Below are positions 13,825 to 27,594 of a stretch of 64,000 nucleotides of DNA, in pieces (the first letter of the stretch is position 1; each line of letters starts with the position of its first letter). The stretch is from assembly GCA_043228905.1 (NCBI GenBank), contig JBHGNT010000010.1, positions 19,840,001 to 19,904,000 of the forward strand. The letters are read 5' to 3'. The DNA comes from Azolla caroliniana. Taxonomy: Eukaryota; Plantae; Polypodiophyta. Made by a program: the position numbers and the translations under genes. The notes beneath the pieces are model-generated. The model saw nothing but the letters and a program-made list of their open reading frames with translations. It had not been told where the DNA came from and searched no databases.

Positions 13825-14764
13825 TGTGACAATAATTGCGTCAAATTTTTTGTTTGGTTGATTGTACTACTAACTGTATTTTTCTAGGTAGGACAAGGTC
13901 ATGTACATCAGAAGTAAACAATAATTGTAGGGAAAATGTATTGTAACTGCTAATATATAAACTTTTTGCATAATTTTATCACCATACTACCAAATTGGCA
14001 ACCCCACATTGCATACTTGAATAGAACCAAAGGCAAAATTAGCACCTCAGTTGCAATATTGACATGAAATGATAATTGGGAGCATACGACACATTTATTG
14101 CAAATTTATGCCACAAAATATGAATGATCACATTTATTCTACAAACGTTTGCACCTGCTGCATTTAGCTTATGTCAATGTACTTTGTATTCACAATTTCA
14201 TTCCAAAGCTTTCAATAATACTGATGTGTAGACCAAACGCACCATTAATAATCAACCATTCAAGATGGTATAAATAACAAAATTAATTACAACAAAACAA
14301 TACCCAGAGAACCACAGCTTGGAAATTAAAAGTGTAGCTTGACGTTTTCTGTTAGTTTTCTTTTCACAAATGAAATGAAAAGAGAGATCCCTTATCATGA
14401 ATAGGAATAGAGAGATCCCTTATCCCAAGTGATTAGAGCATGCGTGTACATGTATGTATGCTTGTGAAATAGTGTTAATTACGTATGATAAAATGCTTTC
14501 ACAGCATACTTGGCATAGATCCATCCCCTGGTGGGAGGATTTTTGGATTAAGAATGTTTGAGCTTGAAGTTATGAAAATTTACATAATATTCGCATTAAA
14601 ATTTGTGGATGACAAATGGCGTGCACAGACAGAATGATGTGACGGTCATATGGAAATGTTGGATATTTAGTGGGCATCACAACTACAACCACTTTAATGT
14701 AATGTTGTTGAGCGTGCTTCACTATCTTGGAAAGGAGAAGAGGGTTCTCTTACAATTCAAACCT

Positions 14765-17700
14765 TCAAAACATTCTTTTGTTCTTTTCTTGGATTGTCTT
14801 CACGAGCTCCTTCGCTAAATACTCAAAATTTTCAGCCTCTTCTTGCATTTCTGCAGTTCGTTTGTCGATGGTCTAAACAATAATGCAATAAGAGAGAATG
14901 ATCATAACAACAATAAGGATGTTATAAGACGAAAGTTGACACATGAGAGAAGGACAATATTGTTTTGCCTGAAGCTTTTGTCTTTGCTCTAGAAGTTTGT
15001 CTCGCATAACAGCTGCTGTTCCTGTGACATTCTGCCCCAAAATAGGAAATACATATGTTAATTCATCATGAAAACCTGCCCCAAAATATCCTTAGGCAAA
15101 ACTGAAAATTAATTATCCTTAATTTAAACCATTTAAATTCGAGAATGTTGCTTGCTGCGTTTATGGATTTTAGAAAATATCAAATTTTAGCCTGTGTTAA
15201 GTAATGATTCTTAATCTGAACTATTTGAATTTAAGGTACTCCATAATGGCATTCTCAATAATTAGGAGAAATAAAGACTACCTGTTCTCTCCCTTGACCG
15301 TATGTTGCTTTGATTTCATCAATGGTACGAGTACCATGCCCTATAGGCAGATCATTCTGTGCTTCATTTTCAGCCTGATTTCTTTGCTTAGGTTTTTTAT
15401 CCCCTGCACAAATCAAAGGAGTTTTATGTAAAGCCATATCATTTGACAATCTGTAATCAAATTCAGTTTTGTATTTTAACCTTTGTTGATTTTGATTTTC
15501 TTCTTGAACTTTTTAATCAGATTGCTGTGATTTGAGCTTGTAGCACCATCGCCATCTTCAATAACAATATCATCTGATGCATAATAAGAGGCAATAAGCT
15601 CCACTATGTTTTCTCGTGCAATGTGCAACCCAATGAATCCTCTTACCTATATCAAGATCATTACTATCTATTTCATATGATCTTGAATCATCATTTGAGT
15701 TAATAGATAATTGATGAGATGAGCTTCCTACAAACAGCTCTTCAAGTTCTAGGATTTTGCGATATCTCGATTCATTTGCTTTGTCACGAGTCTTTAAGAA
15801 GACATTTGATTTCACTCTTTTTCCAAACGATGCCTATATCCAAAAAGAAAGCAGAAGATCAAACAGTTTTCAGGTCAAACAGAGTCAAACAGTTTTCAGA
15901 GACTAAGAAAACTCTTAGTTCCACAAGACCAAACCTTTTTTTTCTCAGGGTCTAGATTAGTACTGTTCTCAGATACTCCTGGCAAAGCTAATGCAGAAAA
16001 TCTGCAACAAAACTAGTTTAATCTGCATAAATATAAAACAACGGAGAATCATTGAGAACAATATTGATGTATTACCTGATGTCATGTTTGGCATCAACAA
16101 GAGACAAAAATAGCAGTTCATTATCATCATGCACCTGTTGAACGGACATTTTTTTATGAACAGGGTTGTGGTAACAGACATTTTTATGACAAGGAAATGA
16201 AAGACATTTTCAAGCAGAAAGAGAAGTATATACCAAAGTCATTTGTCCATTTGCAGAACATGACATAGGTCTGAAGAGGCCAAGATTGAGCTCCATTTTC
16301 CAGTTAAAAACATTTTCTAGTGAAAAAGACTTCAAAACATCCAGCTTTGGGAAGCCTCTACAAAAGATGAAGCAGATTTCTTATACATATGACACATCAA
16401 ATTCCAGAATACCTCTGAATTGTTCTCTCTTTCCCCAAATGTCCCTAAATTTTCATTATTTTCGTAGATGAGCCTGGTGAAACCCCCTAAGGCAGCACAT
16501 AGAATTTCTCAACTAGCACCTATAACACAGACAAAAGGTAGGAATTGACCATATAACTACTCAAATGGCATACACCTCCTTGAAAGAGGGAATTGACCGA
16601 CCACATTTCGGGAAATAATAAAAGTTAAGGGACCTTTGGGGAAATAAAGAAAACCTGACGAGGGTATCTTCTCTATAAAAAATTAGGTTATAAAACTCAG
16701 GATGGTTGACTGCTAACCGAACTTCAATCAAATGCGATTGATACATGAGGACAAGTCCTGTTTTATTTGTAGGAGTCTGAAAAGTGGATGCCCAGGAACA
16801 TGAACCATTGAGCGATGTCTTGATAGAAGATGAGCATATACCCTGTACAGATTTAAAGTTTAATGGATTCTTGAATATCTAATTCTGAGTTTATGCTTAA
16901 ATATATAAAAGAACAAAATTACATTCTTAACAAACTTGATCGATGAAATTTGCACAAAATTATTTGAGCTTACCTTAACTAAAGAAGATAAATGATAAAC
17001 ACGCAGAGTGTCCTCAGTACAAAGTAGAATCAGACATTTACTTAATTCTGTTGACAAATTTTGAGGCTCTTGAAAGGAAGCAGTTTCAGGAACTAATTGG
17101 CATCGATAACCAGATGCCATAATAAGCGAATCACCTGCAGTGTCTGAATAGAATGCAAAAACAATCTAATAATGGTTTAGCTTGCAATATAGAATCTTAA
17201 AACAACCCACGTCTTCATTTCGCGAAATTACAGCTCAAAAATGTGTGATTAGAAAACCTTGAATTTGATTTTCAAGCATTCCAGACTTTTATTCCAAGGC
17301 TAATTGCTATTTACAAACGTCACTATGAAAAGGTTGTTGCACATAACTATCATTTTTGAAGCTTCCGAAATTCAGTAACACGGTACAATGCCAAGGAATC
17401 TTGCCTACTTGCTTTTTACTTAAAATTTTGCAAAATATGTGATTGTGTTTTCTGCATGCAACCAAATGGCCATACCTAATATATGCAAAGAAATGGCCTT
17501 GCTCTGAGTTTTCAGTTTCAATGGACTCATGCTACAACAGCCACCACTTTTTGCATCAACGATAAATATCTGTGGATCCTTTGTTGTCACAATTAATAAA
17601 TTCTCTGTCTGCACATTGAGCTGCTGTCTTTCGGAACCTGTGGTTGAAGGTGAAGTAGAGCAGGGGAGAGAAATTTGCGTTGGCAGTGAAACAAAGTTTA

Positions 17701-20700
17701 AGGATATAATATCTGATGTCATGTTAGGATGGCACCTTCCATTAAAGAGGAGCACATTCGTTTCCAAATGAATGAGGGATATCTATACCACAATGTTTTT
17801 CCATGTTACTTCCTTTATAAATAAATCATCAGGTCTTTCATAAAGCTATAGAGAAAATGCCTTACAATGCCACATTTACTCCCAGCGGCTATACATTTAC
17901 AAGGACTCGAAATGAGAATGCAAGATATAGGCACTTCTTGTTTACAAAAGTTCGAAACAAACCTCCAATTCCCTGTATTAGGAAGTTGGAACGAACAGAA
18001 ACATTAGAAGGTGAAAAAAGTTAAGAAAATCTGAACAGATATAAAAATCTAAGAAATGACACAAAGTTCTCTGTAGAAAGCTTCACCTTTAGTAATTGTG
18101 TCTCCATCCTCAAAATGTAATTTATAGAGTGAAATCTGCACAAAAAAGAGGTCGTCATATGGGCAAGAGAATTTTTCAAATGAAAGTTAGAGTTTTCCTC
18201 GGGTAGTATGTACCAAGCCATTTTTGTAACCGATAGCTAGGAAACCAGACGCATAACAGAAGTCTAAAGAACAGACTTCAACTGCTGCTAGAGATGGACC
18301 TTTCGATCCCTTGCTTTCCTGTACATCCATGGTACAATGTTTAAGTTCATCTATAAATGGAAATAATTGGGAATATCAGAAAAGTTTACTTTTAGCACCT
18401 CAATTTTAATCAGAGAAACTTGACTTGATATATCCCAGAGATGCACAGAACCATTTTCATGGCCTGTCACATATAAATAGCATCCCTTATCTCTGGAATT
18501 AGTTGAAAATTCTGCATTATTGTAGCCATTCAATAAGCATTTTTCATCAACATCTGAAGATGGATAACCAAGGTAAGAACTTAACACTCGAGGCACCTGC
18601 CAATAAATGGAATAAAAGAATTTGTTAATACATGAACTTGAAAAATGTGCATAGCATGAATTAAAACTACGCAGAACCTTAAAGTGGAACTATTGATAAC
18701 AACATCACCTCCAGCAAATGACTTGCGACAGTTCCATTTCGATTGAGAAGAACTGTTTTTGCTGCTGTTATTCTGGATTCAAGTAGAGGAGATGCAACTG
18801 AAACGGGCTTAACAGTTGACACTTCTTTAAATGAGCGATATATGTCTTTAAGATTATAGGTGTATAACGAATGGTATGATTTGGCAGCAGCAACAATCAC
18901 TTGAACTTTTGATGGAGTATCTATCACGGATATATCTGCCAAGTCTCCAGGCACAATGAGCTCCACAGAAGATTTGGACTTCAAGGACACCACCTACATA
19001 ATTCCTCTCTATCGTTTTCTTTTTTCATAGTGGGCAATCGCATTAATTACCATGTTTTACAAAAGTCATAATACTCAATGTCAATGAAAGAAACACAAGA
19101 GACGACCGCATTGCCTATTTATCTCTCTCGTGCATTTATCATGATGACATCCAACCTATTTGGACAGTATTTCTGCCGCTTGGCCATTAAATATTTTCCA
19201 TAACAAATTTCGGGCACTCTTCTTGTGATAACGATAAACTCTTGAGTTGTGAAAACTACTTTGTAAACCAAGAGGAAATAGTTTGCGTGGTTGATCACAG
19301 ACTATGAAAGTTTATTATGCTGAACGTTGTTCCATTCTTGAAACCACAAGTTGCAAATGACAAGCTTTACCACTACACAATTATATTCGAATATCAATAA
19401 GGTGAGTTAATAAGATAGATAGAATTGAGACAAAAATTGAGAGTGATGTTTAAATATGTAAACATGCAATGTTTGCACATTATGCTTCTGAATCTCTATA
19501 AAATTATTATTTTGCATGTTTTGGGACAGATTATTCTTTAGAGTTCCCTAAATTTATATGATTCGCCAAAGTATATTGATTATATGCGTGTGTTTGAATT
19601 CAAACAAGTACCTTCAGCATATCACATGCAGAAAAACTTTTGCCCCCAAGAGCACAAAGGTATCCATTTTTCTCCAGCTTACCGCCACTATCCTCCCACC
19701 ATCTTAGAGTGGATACATGTATCATCGATCCTCCATTGAGTTTGCATAAAGGACTAGATAAAAACTTGGTATGATTATTTTCTCTATCAACAGTTTTGAG
19801 TTTTGAGGGAATGGTCCAGAGCCAAATATCTCCATTGGTGTAGCCAGTTGCAAACGTGGTTCCTTTTGGGCAACACCAACACACGGACATGAGATTCCTG
19901 ACATCATCTTCATCAGTAATTACATCATTTTCTGAAGAGGGGTTTGGGGTGTTTGTTTGCCCTTTTTCTGCCTCAATAATAGCCTCTATCTGAGATTGTG
20001 TATGAGTGCGTACAGCAAGAACCTGACCATCATGGAGGGCCCATAAGATGCAAATTCCATTTGCATAGCAAAGCAATACCCTAGCACAATGTTGCACATA
20101 TTAATGTGTCAAAAAGAAGATATGAACATATGCAGTTAATATAAGATGTATCAACAGATAATAATTCTAGCACGAACTTAAATGTATAATACAAGGGGTC
20201 AATTCTATATACTTTTCATATTCTGCACTTGGCTGAGGAAGCACTTCGATAACTGATTTTTCGTCATATTTTTCAATGAAATCACCTGCAAAAAAAGTCC
20301 ATGACGTTGAACATAATAGAATTCTAGATCCTGATTATATAGAGATTCAGAAATCCATTTCCCACCCAAACATACAAAGGTGTTTATCCACTATGTGGAT
20401 GTCCTCTCAGGAGCTGATTACATAGCCCAATGACCAATTAAGCATCAAGGAAGAGTGAATTTTCTCCAACTAGCTGGTACATTGTGCAATAGCCCATTAA
20501 GCATCACGGAAGAACGAAGTTGTTTCTATTAGTTGGTACGTAGTGCAATGCTCCATCCAGCGATGAGAAAGAGTGCAATACTAAATCTTAGATGAAGCTC
20601 TACTCAAATATAACCAAATTGTATTTGGCAAGGATAGAAATTCATTGAAAGGAAATAATGTAGGATATGTAAGCTTCATGTGTTCGAGGTCGCCATAATA

Positions 20701-23700
20701 AAGTCTAGATTAACAGTTCAAGGGTATCATGCGATACTGACTTCAGCATTTAAATATTTCATTCTAACTGGCATCAAAATCAAATTTGCAGCTCTAGAGT
20801 CCCAAATTCATACAGATGTATCAATGTTCATATTTATTGGTCAAATTATCAACTATTTCATTCAGTTCTTACCAAGAATTTGAGACAGTGATAGAATGTA
20901 GGGTACCACATTAAGCTCCTTTTGTTTATGATCATATTGTGCAGCAGTAACAGTCCCTGTTTTATCACCTATATATCTAAAGACGGTAGTATTAATTGGG
21001 AATAAAAGCTTTCTTTTAGCAGCCAGGTAGCGTCAAAATTATTCTCAACAAAAGAAAAGAAAAATGCATACAAGAAATTACTGTATTGTATTACTGCCAA
21101 TGCTGTCACGCCATTTTCCCATTTTCTTGAGCAAAGTAGCTCACCAGTGCCTACGTTCCATATCTGCAAGAGAAAAATGTAACAATTTTAGAATGGTTGT
21201 ATATAAAATATCTATATTTTCTATGGAACTCCACGGTATCCTTTTGCTCCTGGATATTGTGGAGTCATTGATATTGAGCTTAAGAGGTCCAACGTGAAAA
21301 TTTAACATTTAAACTTATTATGCCACTCTTGATAAAGCAGTGTAGTACAACATTTTTCCTTGATTGTTTAGGGAGTTTTTATAACCAGACCAAAGATCAC
21401 TTATTCTTTGAGATTAGTATAAAATTTGACTTGCTTCGTCACCAGTGGTAAAAAGTAGTGGAGCAAAAAAATGAATGCAATTCATTGATGGGATCTTGCC
21501 AGTTAGAAGAATGATTCTCTTGTTTGCTCCCAATGAAGATAGTGTCTATTTACATCATCGTTAATGTTCTAGCGCCCAAAAGAGTAACTAGCACTCGAAC
21601 AGGACTTTTTAACATCCAAACTTTAAACATTATACTTCAGAAAGACTTGCCTCAATGTCATTTTCTCCATTAACACTCACTAGCATAGCCTGGTTATTGA
21701 AAAACTGCATACACAACAAAAACATATTAGGGGTTATAAACCTTTAAAATAGTAGTAATATGATAGATGATAGCCATTGGTATCTTGAAGTTAGAGATAT
21801 GGTACGAATCTACTTCAATGATCATTACAACAGTCAGTTCTTTGAACTTTTAAGATATCTACAAAGAAGCTTACAAACAGGCAACAAACAGAAGAACAAT
21901 CAACATCATGTTGATTGAACTGGTATTGTTGATTACAGGTGAAATCTTAGAGTTCAACTTTCAAGCCACTTCAAACTCCAAACCATCAAATTTCTACTCT
22001 GTGTTTAGCTTTGATTGTTTGATAGTTTCACCTCTAACCTGTAAAAGACGAATTAAAGATACTTTTGATGACTGCAGGAGAATCTCTGATCCTGTTGAAA
22101 TAAACACCTTGATCCTTCCATCTCTAAGTACAGCAATAAAATGTATAAATAAGCATTTATAATATACAGTAAATTTAAGCAGTTGTACTTAGTCTAGTAT
22201 TAACATATTCTCTTGACTTTTAACAATTCCCATCTAAAGCTACAAGAGAAAAATTTGGAGAAGAATTGTAAACTTCTTATTAATGTGGCCCTTCAGTTCG
22301 TTAAGAATAATCATTGACATCGTGTCCTCGTTTATTTCTCTTAAATTTGAAAATAATAAAGATCTGTCGGCATAGCATAGTTCCAAACACAGAAAACACA
22401 TACCTCTCTCAGCAACGTGGAGAGAAGGAAGGACAAACAATATGATACACCTTATTAGACAATAGAAGAAAGCATTTCCTGGAGACGAAGAACAGCATAT
22501 CTATCTCCAGCTAATCATAGGTTCGAAAATCCCTCAAGCCTATGCAATCCGACACATACCAGATAAAAAGCAATTGACTTCCATGGCTGGCTGGCAAATG
22601 ATAAAATGCTGGCCTAGCCTACGGGCTGACTGATTTTTAAAGACTAGTATTCTTCAATACGTTAGACAGCTACTGCCATTTTCCCGTCTATAATTGGCGG
22701 TTATATAAGTATCTCTAAGCCCCGGTGCTATTTATACTCTGCAGTGTAGCTTTGGGAAGCATCTCGAGGTCCATTACTCCAGATATGTAAGAAACTCATT
22801 ACATTGCACAAAGTTTATGCTGCTCTTTCTATTTTTCTGTGAATCGAATTGTATTTTCTACCAGAATTTCTTCATAATTCTATTTAGAGAAGATTGGGCT
22901 TACCATTGCTACTGCTGTACGAGAGATCATGGATAGTAGACATACGACTATTTCAGTGTGTGGAAGGTCTAGATATACTTGACACAAGGTTCAATATCCC
23001 CCTGTTAGATAAATTGACACGACCTTAACCAAGGCCATGAGAAAATAACTTGACTATTTGATTTAACTCGTGTGTCTCCCTAGAACACAACGTGAGAGAC
23101 TGAAGCAGATGAATAGAAAAAGGAGTGTATGTGTGTCTCTACTACTTCCAAGTGGTTTTTTGTTTATCTTCAGTCACGTAAGAACCTAGATGTTTCATCC
23201 TTTTGCTCTTCTATCACTAAAGTAAGGCCCTTTGCATAAGAGCAATCATTTCTTCTTTTTTAGCAGCGATTTATATTACTACTGCTTGTTTTCCATTAAG
23301 TATATGGCATCAGCTGGGGTTAGATACAACCTCATAAAACTCCATTCTTTTTACATTATAAATGCAAACGTAGGATAGGCATATAAGAGAATATACTCGG
23401 TGGCTAAGGCTAGTGTGTGTTGTAAAGGATCATATGCAATCACTGAACATGGCATTGGCATTCCGTGATGCATAATGAGTCGAGGCTGCAGATCTGAATC
23501 TTCCATAGGATTTTTTATTGATGGAATCTGTAGTAAAAAGAACCAAGTCAATTCACTCGAGGATAGTAAATGAGTGTGAAGTAGAAAACTCAGAAAACAA
23601 ATCTCGTTTTTATTTGAAAGCATACGAGAGTACCTCAAAATGCGTCGACTTGAAATCATTCTTCTGATCTTTTGATGTAGGATCTCCATTTACTGAACCA

Positions 23701-24689
23701 GTTCTGAAGCAAAATTTCTGCAACCATAATTTACAAGCATTAGGTTTCAGATATATCTGACTGGCATTTGAAAAAAGTTAAAGTTCGCACACAAGACAAA
23801 CTCAGTAGAATTAAAGACCAATTTCGCGCGTGATCATTGAAGCCTTATTTCCATCTTACAGTCGTCAAGATACATATAACAAGATTATTTAGACAGATGG
23901 AATATGTCATAAATTGTGAGCGAATCTCTGATCACTTGGTTTAACTTTCGTGCAAAATTCCTGAACTAGCATTTAATGCACCAAAGTCTTAACAAATATG
24001 ACATTGTGGAGTATCATTGGTAATCATCAACTTTGTATCCGATCGTTAACGTGACCCTATGATTAAGACAGAGATCAGGATATAATAAAACACAGATCAA
24101 AGTACAGTAAAAATTAAAAAATGAATCAGTTAGTGGGAGTATCTTCCGAACAATATGTCCACTGGAGAGATCGAGAGACCGTGATCATTGAAAAGTTACA
24201 ACGATCAAGTCAGTTCATACATTTAATAACAGAATATATATATATATATATATATATATGGAAAACTTGAAAATGACGAAATCTATTGAACACTGAAATT
24301 TTCGCTCATTTTGTTAAATCCGAGATGGATAACAAAACCTATAGATTATAGATAAACAGTATAAGTAGTAATTATAGTATGATAGCGATGAGGCTAGATG
24401 ACATTCATGGAAATGAAGATCGTCATGAAGCTTCATTTTCTGCTTTAATTTACATATCAATTCCATGGAGGTTGTTATATAAGGAGCTCCTTAATGAGGA
24501 TAGTAAGAGCTTAGGAACTGAACATTACTGCCATAAAATACAGTAAGACGCATTATATGTAGATACAACTGAGATACTGATCTGACGATGATATATTGTA
24601 AACTGCAGAATGAGAGTCGGAAGGAAGGAACAAAGAAATGAATTGCATACGAGAAAGACGCGGTATTTTACCTTGAGAAGATTGCACAT
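14765..24689 (-). CDS. Lethal giant larvae/tomosyn-like WD40 protein with C-terminal R-SNARE-like motif (~20 exons)
   Basis: Exons: MCNLLK (start 24689, tentative), DLQPRLIMHHGMP...AYDPLQHTLALAT, DGRIKVF, ENDIE|IWNV, YIGDKTG, LLCYANGICILW, ATGYTNGDIWLW, YVTGHENGSVHLWD, RTIDEIKATYG, RDKLLEQRQKLQ|TIDKRTAEMQEEAENF; TGA ends at 14765. Confidence 0.88.
16403..16672. mobile_element. Mutator-like foldback MITE in LGL-like gene intron
   Basis: Left arm TTTCCCCAAATGTCCCTAAATTTTCATTATTTTCG versus right-arm reverse complement TTTCCCCAAAGGTCCCTTAACTTTTATTATTTCCCG; the opposite-strand ORFs mirror each other (SLFPQMSLNFHYF / SLFPQRSLNFYYF). Ends approximate. Confidence 0.65.
20424..20582. repeat. Degenerate ~60-bp tandem repeat (about 2.5 copies) in LGL-like intron
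   Basis: ATTAAGCATCA.GGAAGA...TAG.TGGTAC.T.GTGCAAT recurs. Confidence 0.6.
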
Positions 24690-25183
24690 GCTTGCAAATA
24701 ATTTAAAATTAACGTTAATGGAGTTAAAAGGCGATCCTTGCTTCTGAATTAGTTGCGACGTGATGGTGATGAACGATCAGGACAGAAAATAAAGACTGAG
24801 AAATGAAGTTACACTGCAAAACATTGATCAAGGATCGCATCTGGATATGGAGAGAGAGAGAGATTAAAGACAAGAAGAAAGAAAGAAAAAGAGAGATGAT
24901 TGAGCTAGGATGCAAACAATAAATTCAAGGATGACAGTGGGATTATGGAGAAGGAGAGAGGAATGAAGCGAAGATGTTAAATGTGAATCAAGGATCGGAA
25001 TGGGATGCGGAGATGGAGAAGGACTGATTGTTCAGTTCAAATGTTAAAGAGTTGAGTCAAGGGGTAGCAGCATCTGGACATGGTAAGACGAGACGAGAGA
25101 GAAATGCAGAGAAATTGCAAGAGTGATGAAGATTGAGAGATTTTTCAAGGATATGGAGAATGGAAGAAAGGCAGGCAGAAGAT

Positions 25184-25187
<4 letters not shown>

Positions 25188-25264
<77 letters not shown>

Positions 25265-25266
25265 GT
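25188..25266. repeat. (GA)n(GT)n microsatellite upstream of LGL-like gene
   Basis: Read directly from the sequence. Confidence 0.9.
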
Positions 25267-25546
25267 TGAGAGAGGAATTTTCACACATACTTTGCCTTGC
25301 ATTTTTTGCTATTCAGAATTTACTGATGTTATTAACCCTCCATTTTGGCTTATTTATTTATTTGGCCTCCGAGAGTTTTTGTAGGCGTATTATTTATATT
25401 TTATTAACCCCTCCGCTATTGTTGGTGGGGCTCTCCTATGTACTTAACTACTCTACTACTACTGTCTACTACTATTTACAAGCAAGTAACAACTGCACTT
25501 ACCACCACCAATTTGAGTAGTAAGTTAGTTCTAGCTTTAATGAGTG

Positions 25547-25548
<2 letters not shown>

Positions 25549-25617
<69 letters not shown>
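25549..25617. repeat. Perfect (GT)n microsatellite, ~34 units
   Basis: Read directly from the sequence. Confidence 0.95.
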
Positions 25618-25618
<1 letters not shown>

Positions 25619-25661
25619 CCAGCACTTCCCAGCTTTGTAGTGGCTAGGTAGTTTCGAGAGG

Positions 25662-25700
25662 GGGTTTAGGGTTTAGGGTTTAGGGTTTAGGGTTTAGGGT
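25662..25700 (+). repeat. Interstitial plant telomeric repeat (TTTAGGG)5
   Basis: GGGTTTAGGGTTTAGGGTTTAGGGTTTAGGGTTTAGGGT. Confidence 0.9.
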
Positions 25701-27003
25701 GCCAAAGTAAAACTCTTAAAGCCCTTGAGGAATTCCCACAAATGTCCTCTAAACTCCCTCTCGTTTTTATCAGTATCCCACGGCTTGCTAGCTCGATATT
25801 TTGTACGTGTGTCCTCTAGTGAGCAAGAGCTCGAACTGTTGCGTTGTTGCTTTCCACCTCGTTGCCATGCTCCTTCCTCTCATGCTATGGTGTGTTCTAT
25901 CTAGTAATTGAGACCTTGGGCTCTAGTATATGAGATCATGGGCACTAATTTTTATTGCTTTCACCTCGTTGCAATCTACTCGTGGTCTCGACGTGGCCTC
26001 CAAAAGATATGGGTGTGATGGACTTCTAGACCCTACACTAAATGTTCGCCCAAATTTCGGCATAGTAAAGCACAGGACGAAATGGCTAGCCTTGTAGCAT
26101 GTCACAAGCAAAGACATAACACCTTACAATTGTGACATGCTAGTCAAATCATCGAAATCCTTCTCCAAAAGCATACTATTATCATATTTTATTTGTAGGC
26201 CCATATCTGGAATGTTGTCGGACCCCACTATGATCTTGACCCCTTTACTACTACAGTCAATCACTTTGGATTATTGTGCATTCTATGGATGTGATTAAAC
26301 AAACCATCGTTCTCTCATGATGAACCATTGTAGGCATTAGGACTCAGAAAAACAAGCAACATACTCAAACTTACATCATCAAATAGTTTTCCCACCCACG
26401 CATTCTAATGTCATCTTTTAAGTTTTTTGGTGAGTTGGTTAACTCTTAGAAAACTAGAGAAAGACGTACATACAGCACAAAGAACATCAATGAATTTCAA
26501 AAGCCAAAGAGAATTAAAACGATGTGTGTATGTACATGAATGCATGAAGGGCTTTCATCGAAATAATTCATCTTGACATTTCTCGTGTCATTTGACTTCT
26601 GTGCATATGAACATGAATTGGTATGTCATTTTATGGATCCTTCTTTTATTATAATGAAGAGGGATTCCTCGCTATTGTTATTTTTTAAGAACATTTTCTT
26701 TTGATTTTGCTATCCATCATTGTTATGAAACTCATAATTTAAAGAAAATGTCGACTAAGATTCCAGGAGATGGCAAGTTGGTGAGAAAGAGACACTCGGA
26801 GCGACCAATAAGTGACAAGTCAATCCATCGAGACACTTTCCACAATGGTATTGATTTACTTTTTAATGCCACGTTCCTTGTTGTTTGAGATGTGATTGAA
26901 ACATATGCTTGCATGAGGAATTCTCGTGTGACTTTTTAGCATTCTCCATTTAAGATATCAAGGAAATTTCATCTATTACCAAGCAAAGTGCATTCATTCC
27001 CCT

Positions 27004-27594
27004 ATGATCGACTATATTGCATTGTTTGAGGAGCATTATCATCACTTAATTGTGTCTTTCAAGGACAACAAGACATCCAAAGTACCCAAATTATCATGTT
27101 TATGTCACAAGAATAAGATTAAATTAAATATCCAGATATGGAAAACTGTGACTACAATAATGTTATGGGCATTATGGAAATGTCGATGCAACCGCCGTTA
27201 TGATGCGACAGATCAACATCTCTTAGATGTCTTGCTTGAGATATGGGAGAACTTGCTAGCATTAATCCGCGGCCAATATGACAACATGCAGGGTTCACCA
27301 AAGAAAGAACAAGCTCCTTCACTTATGGAAAATGTTACCCCTATTTACAGAGTCAACTCAAGGGCCTCAATGGAACTATCAACTTCCATGGACCCTTTCT
27401 TGAATATCAGTGAAGCATGGCAAAGTGCAACAATAAATTTCAATACCTTTTACAAAGTTCTAGCTTTGGTCTTAGGATTATTGTATACCATTGTACATGA
27501 AAATTGTAAGCTTTTGGGCACACAAGCTTAAGTTGTAGCATTCACATATTTTTTCTTAATATTAATGAGGAAAATCTTTGAAGAAAAAAAAAAG
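27004..27594 (+). mobile_element. 5'-truncated L1-type LINE 3' end with A-rich tail
   Basis: ORF2 C-terminal motif WALWKCRCNRRY...LLEIWENLLALIRGQYD resembles ...KRCKFVF...MLNIWFELVAWLRGRHD at 48013; A-tail at ~27581-27593. 5' boundary approximate. Confidence 0.75.

Noticed and set aside
23385-23400. U12-type donor in the LGL-like gene (GTATATTCT); also cyclin C GTATTATCC at ~10462
   Set aside because: Neither matches RTATCCTT, and no TCCTTAAC branch site was seen.
25057-25647. Overlapping ORFs with ERER/CVCV repeats
   Set aside because: Products of GA and GT microsatellites.
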